The translations under genes were made by a program, and so were the position numbers. Below, in pieces: positions 9,246-18,572 of a DNA stretch of 39,782 bases. Below the pieces are notes generated by a model that saw only the letters and a program-made list of their open reading frames with translations, was not told the origin of the DNA and made no database searches. This DNA comes from Planctomycetota bacterium (lineage in GTDB: Bacteria > Planctomycetota > MHYJ01 > JACQRL01 > SBBU01). Positions within the stretch are counted from its first letter, which is position 1; each line of letters begins with the position of its first letter. The stretch spans positions 1 to 39,782 of the forward strand of contig JACQRL010000039.1 of NCBI GenBank assembly GCA_016206485.1, given 5' to 3'.

Positions 9246-9585
9246 TTGGATCTATTTTTACCGAGTTACTTAGAATGTTCTCTCTAAAGTCAGCAGCTAT
9301 CGAGTTTAAATCAACAATGTCAAAACTTCGCAGGGTGGGAAGGTCGTCAATTTCCTCCTTAATTTTGTACATAGATAGGGTTGGAATAGGTTTTCCGGTA
9401 TCAACAGCAATGTCAATATCAGATTCATTATATGATGTCTGATTTGCCCAGGATCCAAATAAGTAGATTTCTACGCTGGAGCCAAGATTCCTTGTGATTA
9501 TCTTGGTGACGGTTTCTAACTGCGGTCTGATCGTACCGAGCCTGTCCCCGTCTGAAGTTGTCATAAATAGTATCATAGTTTCCAT
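9232..9585 (-). CDS. mntA: minimal nucleotidyltransferase (MntA-like antitoxin)
   Basis: 117-aa ORF with the polymerase-beta-type motif LFGSWANQTSYNESDIDIAV (GS ... DxD). It lies upstream of, and overlaps, the HEPN gene. Confidence 0.85.
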   Translation of the reverse strand: METMILFMTTSDGDRLGTIRPQLETVTKIITRNLGSSVEIYLFGSWANQTSYNESDIDIAVDTGKPIPTLSMYKIKEEIDDLPTLRSFDIVDLNSIAADFRENILSNSVKIDPNGKE

Positions 9586-9701
9586 GACGAAAAACTGAAT
9601 TGATTCTGGAGTGATTGTAAAACTTTTTGCCTATTACACAGGTGGAGGGAAGCTCGTCAAATGTTGCTCAAGTCCGGTTTGGCAGCAAGATTTGTGAAAA
9701 A

Positions 9702-11003
9702 TCAGTGCGATTCTGTGGAAATCCCAAATTCTCCGCCACCATCGGATTGGCTCTTATCCAGAATGAACGGCTCTTTTCTGGACAGATTGATATCGCTGAA
9801 TGTGAAAGTATGAAATTTTATTGACCCCGGTTTTTCGGATAGATATTCAATCTTCATCCAGAGCTTCTTGATCTGTTTGTTAAGAATTTTACTGAGAGCA
9901 AACCTTCCCTGCTCATTAGTTTTTGTGTGAACTGCGCTCAGACCTTCCTGTTCAAGCACGACAAGTACATTTTTTATCGGTCTGCCGTTTTCGTCGATGC
10001 ATAGCCCGCTGAAGCTCCATGAAGCAGGCTCCATAATAAATTTTAATATGCGGTGCTCTCCGCCTGCAAGCGGCTCAACGATTTTGGTTACATCAGGATA
10101 TCCGGAGTTTGTACATGTAATTTTCAGGCGCGTGTTGATGGGAACAGCAATCTTTGTCGAGTACTTCTCTTGTAGTTGGCATGAGAAACCCGATTTGTGC
10201 CCGAGCACCCCAAAGAAAACCCACCTGCACAATTCATCAGCAGGTGTGATCTCGACCTTTGGATTGAATATATAAGAAGAACCGAATGATTGGGACAAGA
10301 TCTGATCAGAAAGTGAAAGCTTCTCTTTGCTCTCAGGGGTTGAATACGCGGTAAATTCGACAGCAACAGCAATCTCTGCTGTTGGGAGAGGAGTGAAGTT
10401 TACTATTAGAGTTTTTTCATTCGGTATATAAAACTTTACTGGCGTGAATGTCAAAGGCGGGCTATAGGTCAGGATTCCGTCTGTGCCTGTTTTATGCTCT
10501 CCTTCGAAGGAAAGCGTGTACACATAGATTACTGAATTAACTGTCTCTTCGAGGTTATAAGTGAGCGAGATAGTGTAGCTGCCATCCTGATCTGTTTCAG
10601 CGTTTTGAGAGTTTTGGAGATTAATATTGAGTAGGTCGTCTGTGGATGAAGAGCCCGGATACCTTTCTTCTTCTTTTGCGCTGATGAATCCGGCGTTTAC
10701 CCGCGTGCCGCTTACAGGCGCGCCTGTGAAATCAGAAACCTTTCCGGTAATGTTTATTTTGTTCTGATCTGCTATCTGGGGTGTGTTCTGTTCCGAGGCA
10801 GGTAATTTTATTGTGACAAAGTTGCTTTTCTGTTCGGCTTTCTCGCTTTGCTCTGGTTGAGTCGAATTGTCGTGTTGTTCTGCAGGCTGCCATAGGTTTT
10901 TCATAAAGTGAAAAACAGCTAAAGTTAGCATAAAGATAACTGCCAGCTCCAAAGAGTGAGGGATACGATTTCGGCCTGCAGAAGTGTGGCGGTTCAGTTT
11001 CAT
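9702..11003 (-). CDS. membrane-anchored hypothetical protein with carboxypeptidase-regulatory-like beta-sandwich segments
   Basis: 433-aa ORF with an N-terminal TM helix (LELAVIFMLTLAVFHFM) and a polar linker. Segments ITGKVSDFTGAPVSGTRVNA and FSGLCIDENGRPIKNVLVVLEQ...TNEQGRFAL resemble CarboxypepD_reg-type folds. Confidence 0.6.
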   Translation of the reverse strand: MKLNRHTSAGRNRIPHSLELAVIFMLTLAVFHFMKNLWQPAEQHDNSTQPEQSEKAEQKSNFVTIKLPASEQNTPQIADQNKINITGKVSDFTGAPVSGTRVNAGFISAKEEERYPGSSSTDDLLNINLQNSQNAETDQDGSYTISLTYNLEETVNSVIYVYTLSFEGEHKTGTDGILTYSPPLTFTPVKFYIPNEKTLIVNFTPLPTAEIAVAVEFTAYSTPESKEKLSLSDQILSQSFGSSYIFNPKVEITPADELCRWVFFGVLGHKSGFSCQLQEKYSTKIAVPINTRLKITCTNSGYPDVTKIVEPLAGGEHRILKFIMEPASWSFSGLCIDENGRPIKNVLVVLEQEGLSAVHTKTNEQGRFALSKILNKQIKKLWMKIEYLSEKPGSIKFHTFTFSDINLSRKEPFILDKSQSDGGGEFGISTESH

Positions 11004-11104
11004 ATATTTATAAGCACTATTTTGCCTTTAGTTCTTATAAGCAGAGATTTGATACATCTTATCCCCATAATTAGTTGGTTAATATTTTGGGAGAAAGTCT
11101 GGGT

Positions 11105-11671
11105 TCAGCTTGAAGAACAGCTGTCTTCGAGTGTGTATCGCAGATTCATAAGCCCCACCTCTCCGGTATTGGGACAATAAGTCGTCATATTCTTCAGCGG
11201 TTTGGCATAAAGGTGGATCGTTACGAGCTCACGGGTTGAAGTATTGGCAAGCTGGTGGATTTCATCGTAGTCGACACACGCAAGGAGATTTGTCTCGACC
11301 GCTTCTTCAAGTGTTTGTTTGACAAATGCTTTATTTACTGAAGGTTTGTCTTTGACCTCGAAAAGTCTCTGGGTAACTTTTCCTGTGTAAACACGAGTGA
11401 CATTCAGTGAGCCCGCATGATCGTGAATTGTTGTGACATGCCCCGGCTTCCAGCAGAGTACCAACAGGTCAAAATATGGTGTTCTTGAAATGAGATTTCT
11501 TGTATAGTCGTCCGATTTGAAAAGAATCTGGTCTTTTATCAGGTTTTCATCGATAGTTAGTCTGCCGAAAAGATCCACAAGCTGTTTTACTTTAAGCTGA
11601 TCCTGAGGGATCTTCATCATTTCGACGGTAAATTCGTCAAGTGAGATCTTGTCAACCAGCGTTTTATCCAT
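11105..11671 (-). CDS. cysteine dioxygenase type I-like cupin protein
   Basis: WKPGHVTTIHDHAGS matches the H-x-H metal-ligand context of bacterial CDO homologues, and a later DEIHQL could supply the third His. The ATG at 11671 is preferred over the ORF-track start at 11737, which would leave only 13 nt to the divergent gene. Confidence 0.6.
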   Translation of the reverse strand: MDKTLVDKISLDEFTVEMMKIPQDQLKVKQLVDLFGRLTIDENLIKDQILFKSDDYTRNLISRTPYFDLLVLCWKPGHVTTIHDHAGSLNVTRVYTGKVTQRLFEVKDKPSVNKAFVKQTLEEAVETNLLACVDYDEIHQLANTSTRELVTIHLYAKPLKNMTTYCPNTGEVGLMNLRYTLEDSCSSS

Positions 11672-11750
11672 GACTTTCTTACAAGATAAAAGGAAGGAAT
11701 AAATTATCAAGTTCTTTAAACTGTGCCAAAGCAACATCGTTTAATATATA

Positions 11751-13103
11751 ATGAAATCTGTCTTTAAATATTCCGTTATTCTCGTTTGTCTGGGCGTGGA
11801 GGGTCTCCAATCTGATATTGCAGGCATTGCTAACGAAATAGAAATTGATCCGAATAAGAGATATCAGATGATGTCAGGTTTTGGGGCGACAGCTCCATTT
11901 ATCGAGAAAAAAATCTATGATTTTCCAAAGGAAGTCAGGGAAAAATTTTTAGATCTGATGTTTTCAGACATGGGGGCAAGGATGTCTATTTTATACAACG
12001 ATGTCCAGCCCTCTTATGAATTCAAAAACTTTCCGGATGAAGAGGATAAATATCAATATTGGTTGATGCAAGAGGCGAAAAAGAGAGGCGTAGAAATATT
12101 CTATTCAATAGCTTCTTCTCCCCCTGCCAAGTGGAAGGCAAACAAAAATGTTAACGGCAACAAGAAGGATAAAAGAGAACCGAATTATCTGCTTGAAGAG
12201 CACTACAGCGACTACGCAAAATATCTTTCTGATTATATAAAAGGTTACGAAAAAGTTGGAATTACTATTAATGTAGTCGGGCTTCAGAATGAACCGGATT
12301 TTAATGCGGATTACCCGAGCTGCTTGTGGACAAAGGAGCAGCTGTCGGAATTCGCCAAAGTGGTGAAGAAACTCTTTGTTTCAAGTAAAGTGAAGGCGAA
12401 GATCTCTTTTCCGGATACAGTAGGATGGAAGACGGCAATTGAATATACTGCCTTTGCTTTCAAAGATACTGAAGCCGTAAACGCTGTTGATATTATTGGA
12501 GCGCATACTTTTGGCGGTGGAGATCAGGCCCGGCTGTTTGAACTTGCCGCTAAATACAACAAGACAGTTTGGCAGACTTCCTCGGCTGATCTGAGAGGAA
12601 GTGATGAATCAATGGTTGATGGGCTGAGATGGGCAAAAGAAATTACAGAGGATTTGACCTATGGCAATGTGAGCGCGTGGATTTACTGGTGGCTTGTCGC
12701 ATTTTCAAGGAGGCCGTGCGCAAACGCCCTGACCAGATATAATGGACAGGACAACATCCTGGTTATTCCAAAACGTTTCTGGGTGTTTTCTCAATTCAGC
12801 CGGTTTATTAGGGGCGGGGCGGTTAGAATTGAATCCGCGGATTTTATATCTGACCTGAAAACCTGCGCATTTTTGGATAGCAATAAAACAACAATTATTC
12901 TCGTTGTTGTAAACGATGCGAATAAAGAGGAGAAATTTGAAATCAGTGTGGCCGGCCACGCTGTCGAGAAAATCAGGGGATTTAGAACAACTGAGACTGA
13001 AGATATGGCTGAGCTTAAAATCATGTCGGACAGATCGCCGGTAATTCCACCGAAAAGCGTTGCCACCTATCTGATAGATATAAAATCTAATACGATGTTT
13101 TAA
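11751..13103 (+). CDS. glycoside hydrolase family 30-like protein (secreted)
   Basis: 450-aa ORF with a signal-peptide-like N-terminus, an early GFGA motif and an acid/base-type GLQNEPDF. Overall length and layout fit O-glycosyl hydrolase family 30. See the finding on the nucleophile position. Confidence 0.65.
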   Translation: MKSVFKYSVILVCLGVEGLQSDIAGIANEIEIDPNKRYQMMSGFGATAPFIEKKIYDFPKEVREKFLDLMFSDMGARMSILYNDVQPSYEFKNFPDEEDKYQYWLMQEAKKRGVEIFYSIASSPPAKWKANKNVNGNKKDKREPNYLLEEHYSDYAKYLSDYIKGYEKVGITINVVGLQNEPDFNADYPSCLWTKEQLSEFAKVVKKLFVSSKVKAKISFPDTVGWKTAIEYTAFAFKDTEAVNAVDIIGAHTFGGGDQARLFELAAKYNKTVWQTSSADLRGSDESMVDGLRWAKEITEDLTYGNVSAWIYWWLVAFSRRPCANALTRYNGQDNILVIPKRFWVFSQFSRFIRGGAVRIESADFISDLKTCAFLDSNKTTIILVVVNDANKEEKFEISVAGHAVEKIRGFRTTETEDMAELKIMSDRSPVIPPKSVATYLIDIKSNTMF

Positions 13104-13163
13104 ACGACCCGCCGCGCCAAATATAAATTTTGCATATTTTTTTTGCAATCATATTATCGATTA

Positions 13164-13529
13164 ATGAATAAATTTACAGAGATTGATAATAAGTACAAGG
13201 CTCTCATTGAAAAGTACAGAGATTTCGGTCCGCTGATGCTCCGTATCGGGGCAACCGCGCCAGGATTTACTGCTCTACCATATACTGCCATGTTCAGCAG
13301 CTTGTTTGGTCTTATTACATTAGTGGCAAGTGTGTCGATAATCCTGGGATTTTATTTCAGGTTCGGCTGTCTTCTTATGATAGTTGCCTATATACTTCCT
13401 TTTGTTGTCAGATCTATCGAATTTGATAGTTCATTTAACGTGCTTAGAGTGGTTCTTGGTGTCATCCCAACGATCGGTTTGTTGCTGGTGGGTCCGGGAA
13501 AATACAGTATAGACAACAAGTCTTCATAA
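13164..13529 (+). CDS. small multi-TM membrane protein (DoxX-like?)
   Basis: ATG at 13164; the ORF-track start at 13143 is a TTG. It has three to four hydrophobic helices. The DoxX resemblance is weak. Confidence 0.4.
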   Translation: MNKFTEIDNKYKALIEKYRDFGPLMLRIGATAPGFTALPYTAMFSSLFGLITLVASVSIILGFYFRFGCLLMIVAYILPFVVRSIEFDSSFNVLRVVLGVIPTIGLLLVGPGKYSIDNKSS

Positions 13530-13596
13530 TCGAGCCTGTTGTTGCAGCAAATGGCAGACATATCTAAACAATTACGGGTTGAGAATTTTGGATCGT

Positions 13597-13710
13597 ATGA
13601 AAAAGCGAAAGTGGTTTGATTACTTTGTTGCGTTCGTGCTCGTTATATTTGTTGTGTTTATTGTATTCATAGTTTATGAGGTTATAGCTATGCACAGCTA
13701 TAACAAATGA
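13597..13710 (+). CDS. possible 37-aa single-pass membrane micro-protein
   Basis: Absent from the ORF track because it is too short. ATG at 13597 encodes MKKRKWFDYFVAFVLVIFVVFIVFIVYEVIAMHSYNK, a basic N-terminus followed by one TM helix. Its stop overlaps the rsmD start in ATGA (13707-13710). Confidence 0.3.
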   Translation: MKKRKWFDYFVAFVLVIFVVFIVFIVYEVIAMHSYNK

Positions 13711-14258
13711 GAATTCTTACAGGAAAGTATAAAGGTCTGGAAATCCCCTCTGATCTGTCTGATAAAACAAGGCCGCTGACTACTCTTCTCAGAAGATCCA
13801 TTTTTGACAGCTTCGGGCGCAATCTTGAAGGGAAGGTTGTTTATGATCTCTTTGCAGGATCCGGATCATTTGGGCTTGAAGCAATAAGCAACGGGGCGCT
13901 TCAATCTGTTTTTGTGGATATCTCAGGAAAAAACTGCGACAACATCAGGAAATTTCTTCAGTCTATACAGGCTGAAAATGGGACGGTTCTTAACTGCAGT
14001 TATGAAAGGATTTCCGAAAGAGTTGTTCATGAATTTCCTCCGGATATTGTATTTGCAGACCCTCCATACGCCCTCGCAAGAAATAAATTGCTTGCCGGGA
14101 GTATATATGATGGAATTGTAAACGCATTCAAAGGCAACTCATTTATCCTGATCTATCGTCTATTTAGTAAGGTTGAATTGCTTAAGAAGGCCTCAAAGGT
14201 TGTAAAACATGGACAGGATTCTGTATACTTTATTTGTGTGGGTAGTTCGAGTCTTTAA
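13707..14258 (+). CDS. rsmD: 16S rRNA (guanine966-N2)-methyltransferase RsmD
   Basis: 183-aa ORF with SAM-binding motif DLFAGSGSFGLEAISNGA and catalytic FADPPY. Confidence 0.88.
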   Translation: MRILTGKYKGLEIPSDLSDKTRPLTTLLRRSIFDSFGRNLEGKVVYDLFAGSGSFGLEAISNGALQSVFVDISGKNCDNIRKFLQSIQAENGTVLNCSYERISERVVHEFPPDIVFADPPYALARNKLLAGSIYDGIVNAFKGNSFILIYRLFSKVELLKKASKVVKHGQDSVYFICVGSSSL

Positions 14259-14350
14259 CACCTCCCTTTGCACATGTTTGTACAATTTATACTTATATAA
14301 TGAGCCGGATGAAGCCGCAGGGTTTCACCCGGTAAGTTCGATATAATAAT

Positions 14351-16777
14351 ATGTCACAGTTTATACTGACATCAATTTTGCTTTTGTTTCAAAACGGTGA
14401 AGAAGTCGGATTTGACCTGCTTTATGATCAGGAAAGAGTTGAGCAGGAGTTGATATCCTACAGTAGCGCCAGAAACTGGCCTGCATTTCTGAAAAAAATT
14501 AAAAAGGTGGTCTCGGAATATGAAGGGAAAATCTGCGTCGTCGACTCTAAGTATGTTTCATTTAATGTATGGCTTAGAAATCTGCTCAGTCACATGGGAG
14601 CCGAGACGATCTCCATATTTCAGCGTGAATTTGCGCCGGATTACAAAGTTGAATTTGGAAAGGCGCTTTCCTCTGCGGATATCAGCAGGTGTCTTTCACT
14701 AATAGACAGGTTTTTTGTATGCAAAGAAACCCCTGATTTTGTCTTAAAATTAACCAATCAGCTTGTTGAAAAAGGACAGCTCACGACTGCTCTGCTGGTT
14801 TTTGAGGGTCTGATCGGCAGGTATGATCTGGAGATCAAAACGAGGGAGCTGGTTCAGGCGAGAATTAATGATCTTAAAAAACATGTGCGATGGGATTTTT
14901 CATATCCGAGGGCTCAGTTTCCTGTCTTCACTAATATGGGTTTATCTGACGAGCCGTCATCCAGATATTGCTCGATTGATGAGATCGCGGCAGGTATTGA
15001 GAATTATAAAAAGCAGTCGCTCTGTCTCATGGAAAAAACAGCGTCTGTAAAATTAGATCTTTCTTACAAAAGGTCTGAAGATGTTTTTGTTGTTCCCGCG
15101 ATTGATCCGGTTTCAGATAAAATGCTTGTGAATAATGGATTCAACTTCAAGCTGGTTGATTTGAAAAGACTTGATCCAACCGCCTCTCCCGGCGCTGAGC
15201 CGCATGTATTATTATCTGTCAGCAATAATGCGGATCAGCATGCCAATCAGCCCTCACTCGCATCTTCACAGTTCAAGATGCTGCCTTCAGTTATGTCGGG
15301 GCTGCTTGTCAGGAATTACTTGATCGTCAATCAGGTGGTAAGCTTCAACATCAACAATATCTATACAGCCAGCCAGCATCTGGTGTGTTACGAACTTTCT
15401 CAGGATGATAATTCGGTTGTCGCAAAGAAATTATGGAGTCTTAAGGAGACCGGTTCTGAGGATCTGAAAACATTTTTAGTCTCTTTTATTCCCCCGTTTG
15501 TGAATTCCGGTGACTCCCTGGTTTCTGTTGTCATGAAGAGAAGGATAAACAAATATGGCGGTGTTCAGAGCTGTGAGCTGTATATATACTGTTTTGATAT
15601 AAAAAATGGGGCAGTTCTCTGGAAAAGACAGCTGGACAGCTATCCTCTGTATTTTTACGGACAAAGAGCAAAAATAAGCTATCCATATATCTTTGTCACT
15701 GATGGTCTTATTAATGTTGTATTGCCGCATTCGTTCACGGTGTACAGGTTCACATTCAGCGGCGAGTTGGTCGGCTTTGACACCTTCTTTAAGAAGAGGA
15801 CTTCCGCTAATGATTTTCCTCAGCAGGGATTTACTTATGGACAGCAGAGCCAGGTCTTTATTATGCCGAGATGGTTTCTGGCAGAAGGAAAATTCTTTTT
15901 CGCGGATGATAATGATATTTACAAAACTGACTTTGTAGGTTTTAACCCTGTTGTACAGATGAGAATAAGCGATGTGAAGGCGCTCATTGCGGTAGACAGG
16001 AAGAAAGTTTCCTTTGTTGATAAGTCTGGACACCTTGCCTTTTTTTCTGTTACAGATAGCGCTCCGGAGGTGTTCAGCGATCCGGTTACAAAAATCAACG
16101 AACCATTTTGCGCGACAGACAGGCATGTATATTTTGTTGAAAAGCGGGAGGGCAAAAACGATCTTATAAGCATCAATCTTGATAACCTGATGATATGCTG
16201 CAGCACAAGTTTCGAAGGGGCTGAGCTGCATTCCCCGACCTATTATAAGGATTTTGTCATAGCTTCTTCTATAGAAGGAGCTCAGATATTCAGGTCGCTT
16301 GAAATCGAGCTTGAACTTGCCAGGAAAAATTCAGCCGGCGGGGAAGCAGATATAACAAGACTTCTTACTCTGTTAAACAGGGTATTTGAAAGGGCCTGTA
16401 TAAGAAATGTAAATGACCTTTATTTGAGGACATTACCGAATGAATTTGCCGATAATTTCAGCCGGCTGAAACAACCGGAGCAGAAAGAATTTGCGGCGTT
16501 TCCGAGATTTATAGTTTCCGCGATTTCAGAAAAGAAGATCTCTTTTAATGCAAAGGTGCTTAAACTTGCGCTGAAACTTTCCTCTGATACCAGGGAGCAG
16601 ATCAAGATAACAAACGAATTAATCGGTCATTACTCTGACAGAAGTCGATTTAGCTGCGCATTCTACAGATTTTATAAGATCTGTGTTGAGGTAGGCGCTC
16701 AGGATTTTAAGACTGCCTGGAAGGACACGGCTGAGCTGGTAAAATTTCTGCGGACACAAAATCGCAGGGTAAAGTAA
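14351..16777 (+). CDS. large hypothetical protein: helical N- and C-terminal regions flanking a PQQ/BamB-like beta-propeller-like core
   Basis: 808-aa ORF with ATG start. Central strings such as HLVCYELSQDDNSVVAKKLWSL and IYCFDIKNGAVLWKRQL resemble PQQ-like propeller blades. Coding status is strong; function is unknown. Confidence 0.6.
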   Translation: MSQFILTSILLLFQNGEEVGFDLLYDQERVEQELISYSSARNWPAFLKKIKKVVSEYEGKICVVDSKYVSFNVWLRNLLSHMGAETISIFQREFAPDYKVEFGKALSSADISRCLSLIDRFFVCKETPDFVLKLTNQLVEKGQLTTALLVFEGLIGRYDLEIKTRELVQARINDLKKHVRWDFSYPRAQFPVFTNMGLSDEPSSRYCSIDEIAAGIENYKKQSLCLMEKTASVKLDLSYKRSEDVFVVPAIDPVSDKMLVNNGFNFKLVDLKRLDPTASPGAEPHVLLSVSNNADQHANQPSLASSQFKMLPSVMSGLLVRNYLIVNQVVSFNINNIYTASQHLVCYELSQDDNSVVAKKLWSLKETGSEDLKTFLVSFIPPFVNSGDSLVSVVMKRRINKYGGVQSCELYIYCFDIKNGAVLWKRQLDSYPLYFYGQRAKISYPYIFVTDGLINVVLPHSFTVYRFTFSGELVGFDTFFKKRTSANDFPQQGFTYGQQSQVFIMPRWFLAEGKFFFADDNDIYKTDFVGFNPVVQMRISDVKALIAVDRKKVSFVDKSGHLAFFSVTDSAPEVFSDPVTKINEPFCATDRHVYFVEKREGKNDLISINLDNLMICCSTSFEGAELHSPTYYKDFVIASSIEGAQIFRSLEIELELARKNSAGGEADITRLLTLLNRVFERACIRNVNDLYLRTLPNEFADNFSRLKQPEQKEFAAFPRFIVSAISEKKISFNAKVLKLALKLSSDTREQIKITNELIGHYSDRSRFSCAFYRFYKICVEVGAQDFKTAWKDTAELVKFLRTQNRRVK

Positions 16778-16799
16778 TATTGCAGGGAGTATTTGTACA

Positions 16800-17675
16800 C
16801 TATTTTGCTTTCCATGTTGTTAAGATCTCATCTATTGATTTCTCAACATCAACACCTTTAGCGCGGTAATTTTTCCTTATTTCTTTTATGAGACCTCTTT
16901 CTTTTTTTATAACTTCTTGGAGTTTTATCAATTCGTTTTTATATTCTATTGCGTTCATCTTTCCCAACGCCTTCACAGCGGCATTTTGAATTGCGACATT
17001 TGCATCCCAGATGTAATTTGCCACTACTTTCGCATGGTCTATAGATTTCATTGATCCAAGGGCTTTACAAGCACTTATTACTGCTACTCTTTCATCCAGG
17101 CTTGGGCGAGTGTTGAGAGGTTGTTCTAAAAATCTGGCGATTTCGCCGGCGCATTCTATTGAACCCCACCTATCAAGCAGCTTGATAATTTCTGAAAGTG
17201 TATTGACATTATATTCAACACGTAAAAGTTTTGCTATTTTAGACGCGTACTTTCTCGCATTCAAGTCTTCAAGCGCTATTACAACCAGAAGCTTGTCTGT
17301 TGCAGGATCATTAAGTAATTTTGCAACGTCATCCGTGTGTTTTGACGACTTGCATGCGCCCAAAAACCGCGCGGTAAGGCTTCTAACCTCCGGGTCTTTG
17401 TCTTCAAGCAATAAAGCTGCCTCATCTGCTTTGTCATTAGCGTTGATCAGCAGTAAGTGTAAAATAGAGTTTTTCTTTATAAGTGGGTCATCACTCTTTA
17501 GAGATCCAGCCAACTCCTCTTTAGACATTTTAGTAAAATGTGTATTACTGGACATATGACAACTGATGAGAAAGCCCAGTATGATGATGAGCGTATTAAA
17601 TGAAAAAACAAAAGAGATATGTTCAGTCTTTGAACAATTTACAAAATTATTTCTTTCCATCATAGAAGTAGTCAT
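16800..17675 (-). CDS. membrane-anchored HEAT-repeat protein
   Basis: 291-aa ORF with an N-terminal TM helix (FVFSFNTLIIILGFLISC). Repeats of about 31 aa follow, such as LLEDKDPEVRSLTARFLGACKSSKHTDDVAKLLND and WDANVAIQNAAVKALGKMNAIEYKNELIKL. Confidence 0.7.
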   Translation of the reverse strand: MTTSMMERNNFVNCSKTEHISFVFSFNTLIIILGFLISCHMSSNTHFTKMSKEELAGSLKSDDPLIKKNSILHLLLINANDKADEAALLLEDKDPEVRSLTARFLGACKSSKHTDDVAKLLNDPATDKLLVVIALEDLNARKYASKIAKLLRVEYNVNTLSEIIKLLDRWGSIECAGEIARFLEQPLNTRPSLDERVAVISACKALGSMKSIDHAKVVANYIWDANVAIQNAAVKALGKMNAIEYKNELIKLQEVIKKERGLIKEIRKNYRAKGVDVEKSIDEILTTWKAK

Positions 17676-17960
17676 TAATTCAACCTCCCTAAATTAACAC
17701 TCTGTTTGTTATGCAAAAAAAACGTAGGAATTAAGACTTCCAGATTTTAAACCAGTATTTTGGAGAATTTGGTAGCTTCTTCCAATTCTGGAGTTTTTCT
17801 GCATCTTCTGTGTTGTACACAGCAAGGTGAATCAGCCAGTGCTGCAGGCTTAAAAAGATTTGCCAACTGCTTGGATGCATTTAACCTTGGTTGCAATTGA
17901 GTATCTATGCACTTTTGAGCAGAGTTTTAATAAGGAGGTCGTGCTATTAAAGAGCAGCAG

Positions 17961-18554
17961 TTGTTTGCGCTGGCGATATCGGTTACATTTCTGCATTCGC
18001 TTGTTCCTTCGCACTGGCTCTGCTTTTCGCTGGTCGCTAAAAGGTTCGGATGGAACACAAAAAGACTCTTTTTCACAATACTTCTTGCAAATCTCATTCA
18101 TATAATATTTCTTGGGGTAATTATTTTTCTGCTGGAGACTGTGATACCGCACGAAGTAGAAGAAACAGCGCATTTAATCGGCTCTGCTTTTATATTAGCG
18201 CTGGGCTTGGCCTACATTGTCATGCACTACCTCAACATAGGACATAAACATTCAGCTGAAAATATCGTGGAGGGAGGCTCAACAGCGTTTCTAATGCTGT
18301 CGCTTATACTTTCTCCCTGCAACTATGTAATTGCGCCGCTTATATATGCGGCATCAATGCCCGGATTCACAATAGCAGTTCTTATAATAGCCATTTTTTT
18401 TGTGACTGTCGCGACAGCCTCGCTTCTTGCCTATCTCAGCTTCATCGGGCTGAAGGCGATTAATCTGGAATGGTTTGACCATAACGAAAAATGGATAATG
18501 GGGCTTGTCATGATTGCCGTTGCAGTTATTATGTATCTGGGTGAAACTCATTAA
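17961..18554 (+). CDS. polytopic membrane protein with His/Cys TM motifs (possible metal-ion or DsbD/NicO-superfamily-like transporter)
   Basis: 197-aa ORF with about six TM segments and motifs FLHSLVPSHW, NIGHKHS and LSPCNYVIAP. The start is uncertain: the TTG at 17961 is 22 nt from an AAGGAGG at 17932-17938, and an in-frame ATT lies at 17946. Confidence 0.5.
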   Translation: MFALAISVTFLHSLVPSHWLCFSLVAKRFGWNTKRLFFTILLANLIHIIFLGVIIFLLETVIPHEVEETAHLIGSAFILALGLAYIVMHYLNIGHKHSAENIVEGGSTAFLMLSLILSPCNYVIAPLIYAASMPGFTIAVLIIAIFFVTVATASLLAYLSFIGLKAINLEWFDHNEKWIMGLVMIAVAVIMYLGETH

Positions 18555-18572
18555 TACCTGCCGACATTATTG

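Noticed and set aside
11020-11040. Sigma-54-like string AGGCAA-N-GTGCTT on the minus strand upstream of the 433-aa gene
   Set aside because: The GG-to-GC distance is 11 nt rather than the required 12, and the -24 T is missing.
14241-14255. tRNA T-arm-like string GGTAGTTCGAGTC
   Set aside because: It lies inside the rsmD coding sequence, and no acceptor, anticodon or D-arm pairing could be built around it.
15476-16231. 251-aa antisense ORF inside the 808-aa gene, plus similar long shadow ORFs at 1699-2298, 17110-17559, 29620-30099 and 38775-39314
   Set aside because: Each lies entirely within a better-supported gene on the opposite strand. Their composition is skewed (Ser/Arg/Leu/Ile/Phe-rich), typical of shadow frames, and I see no motifs.
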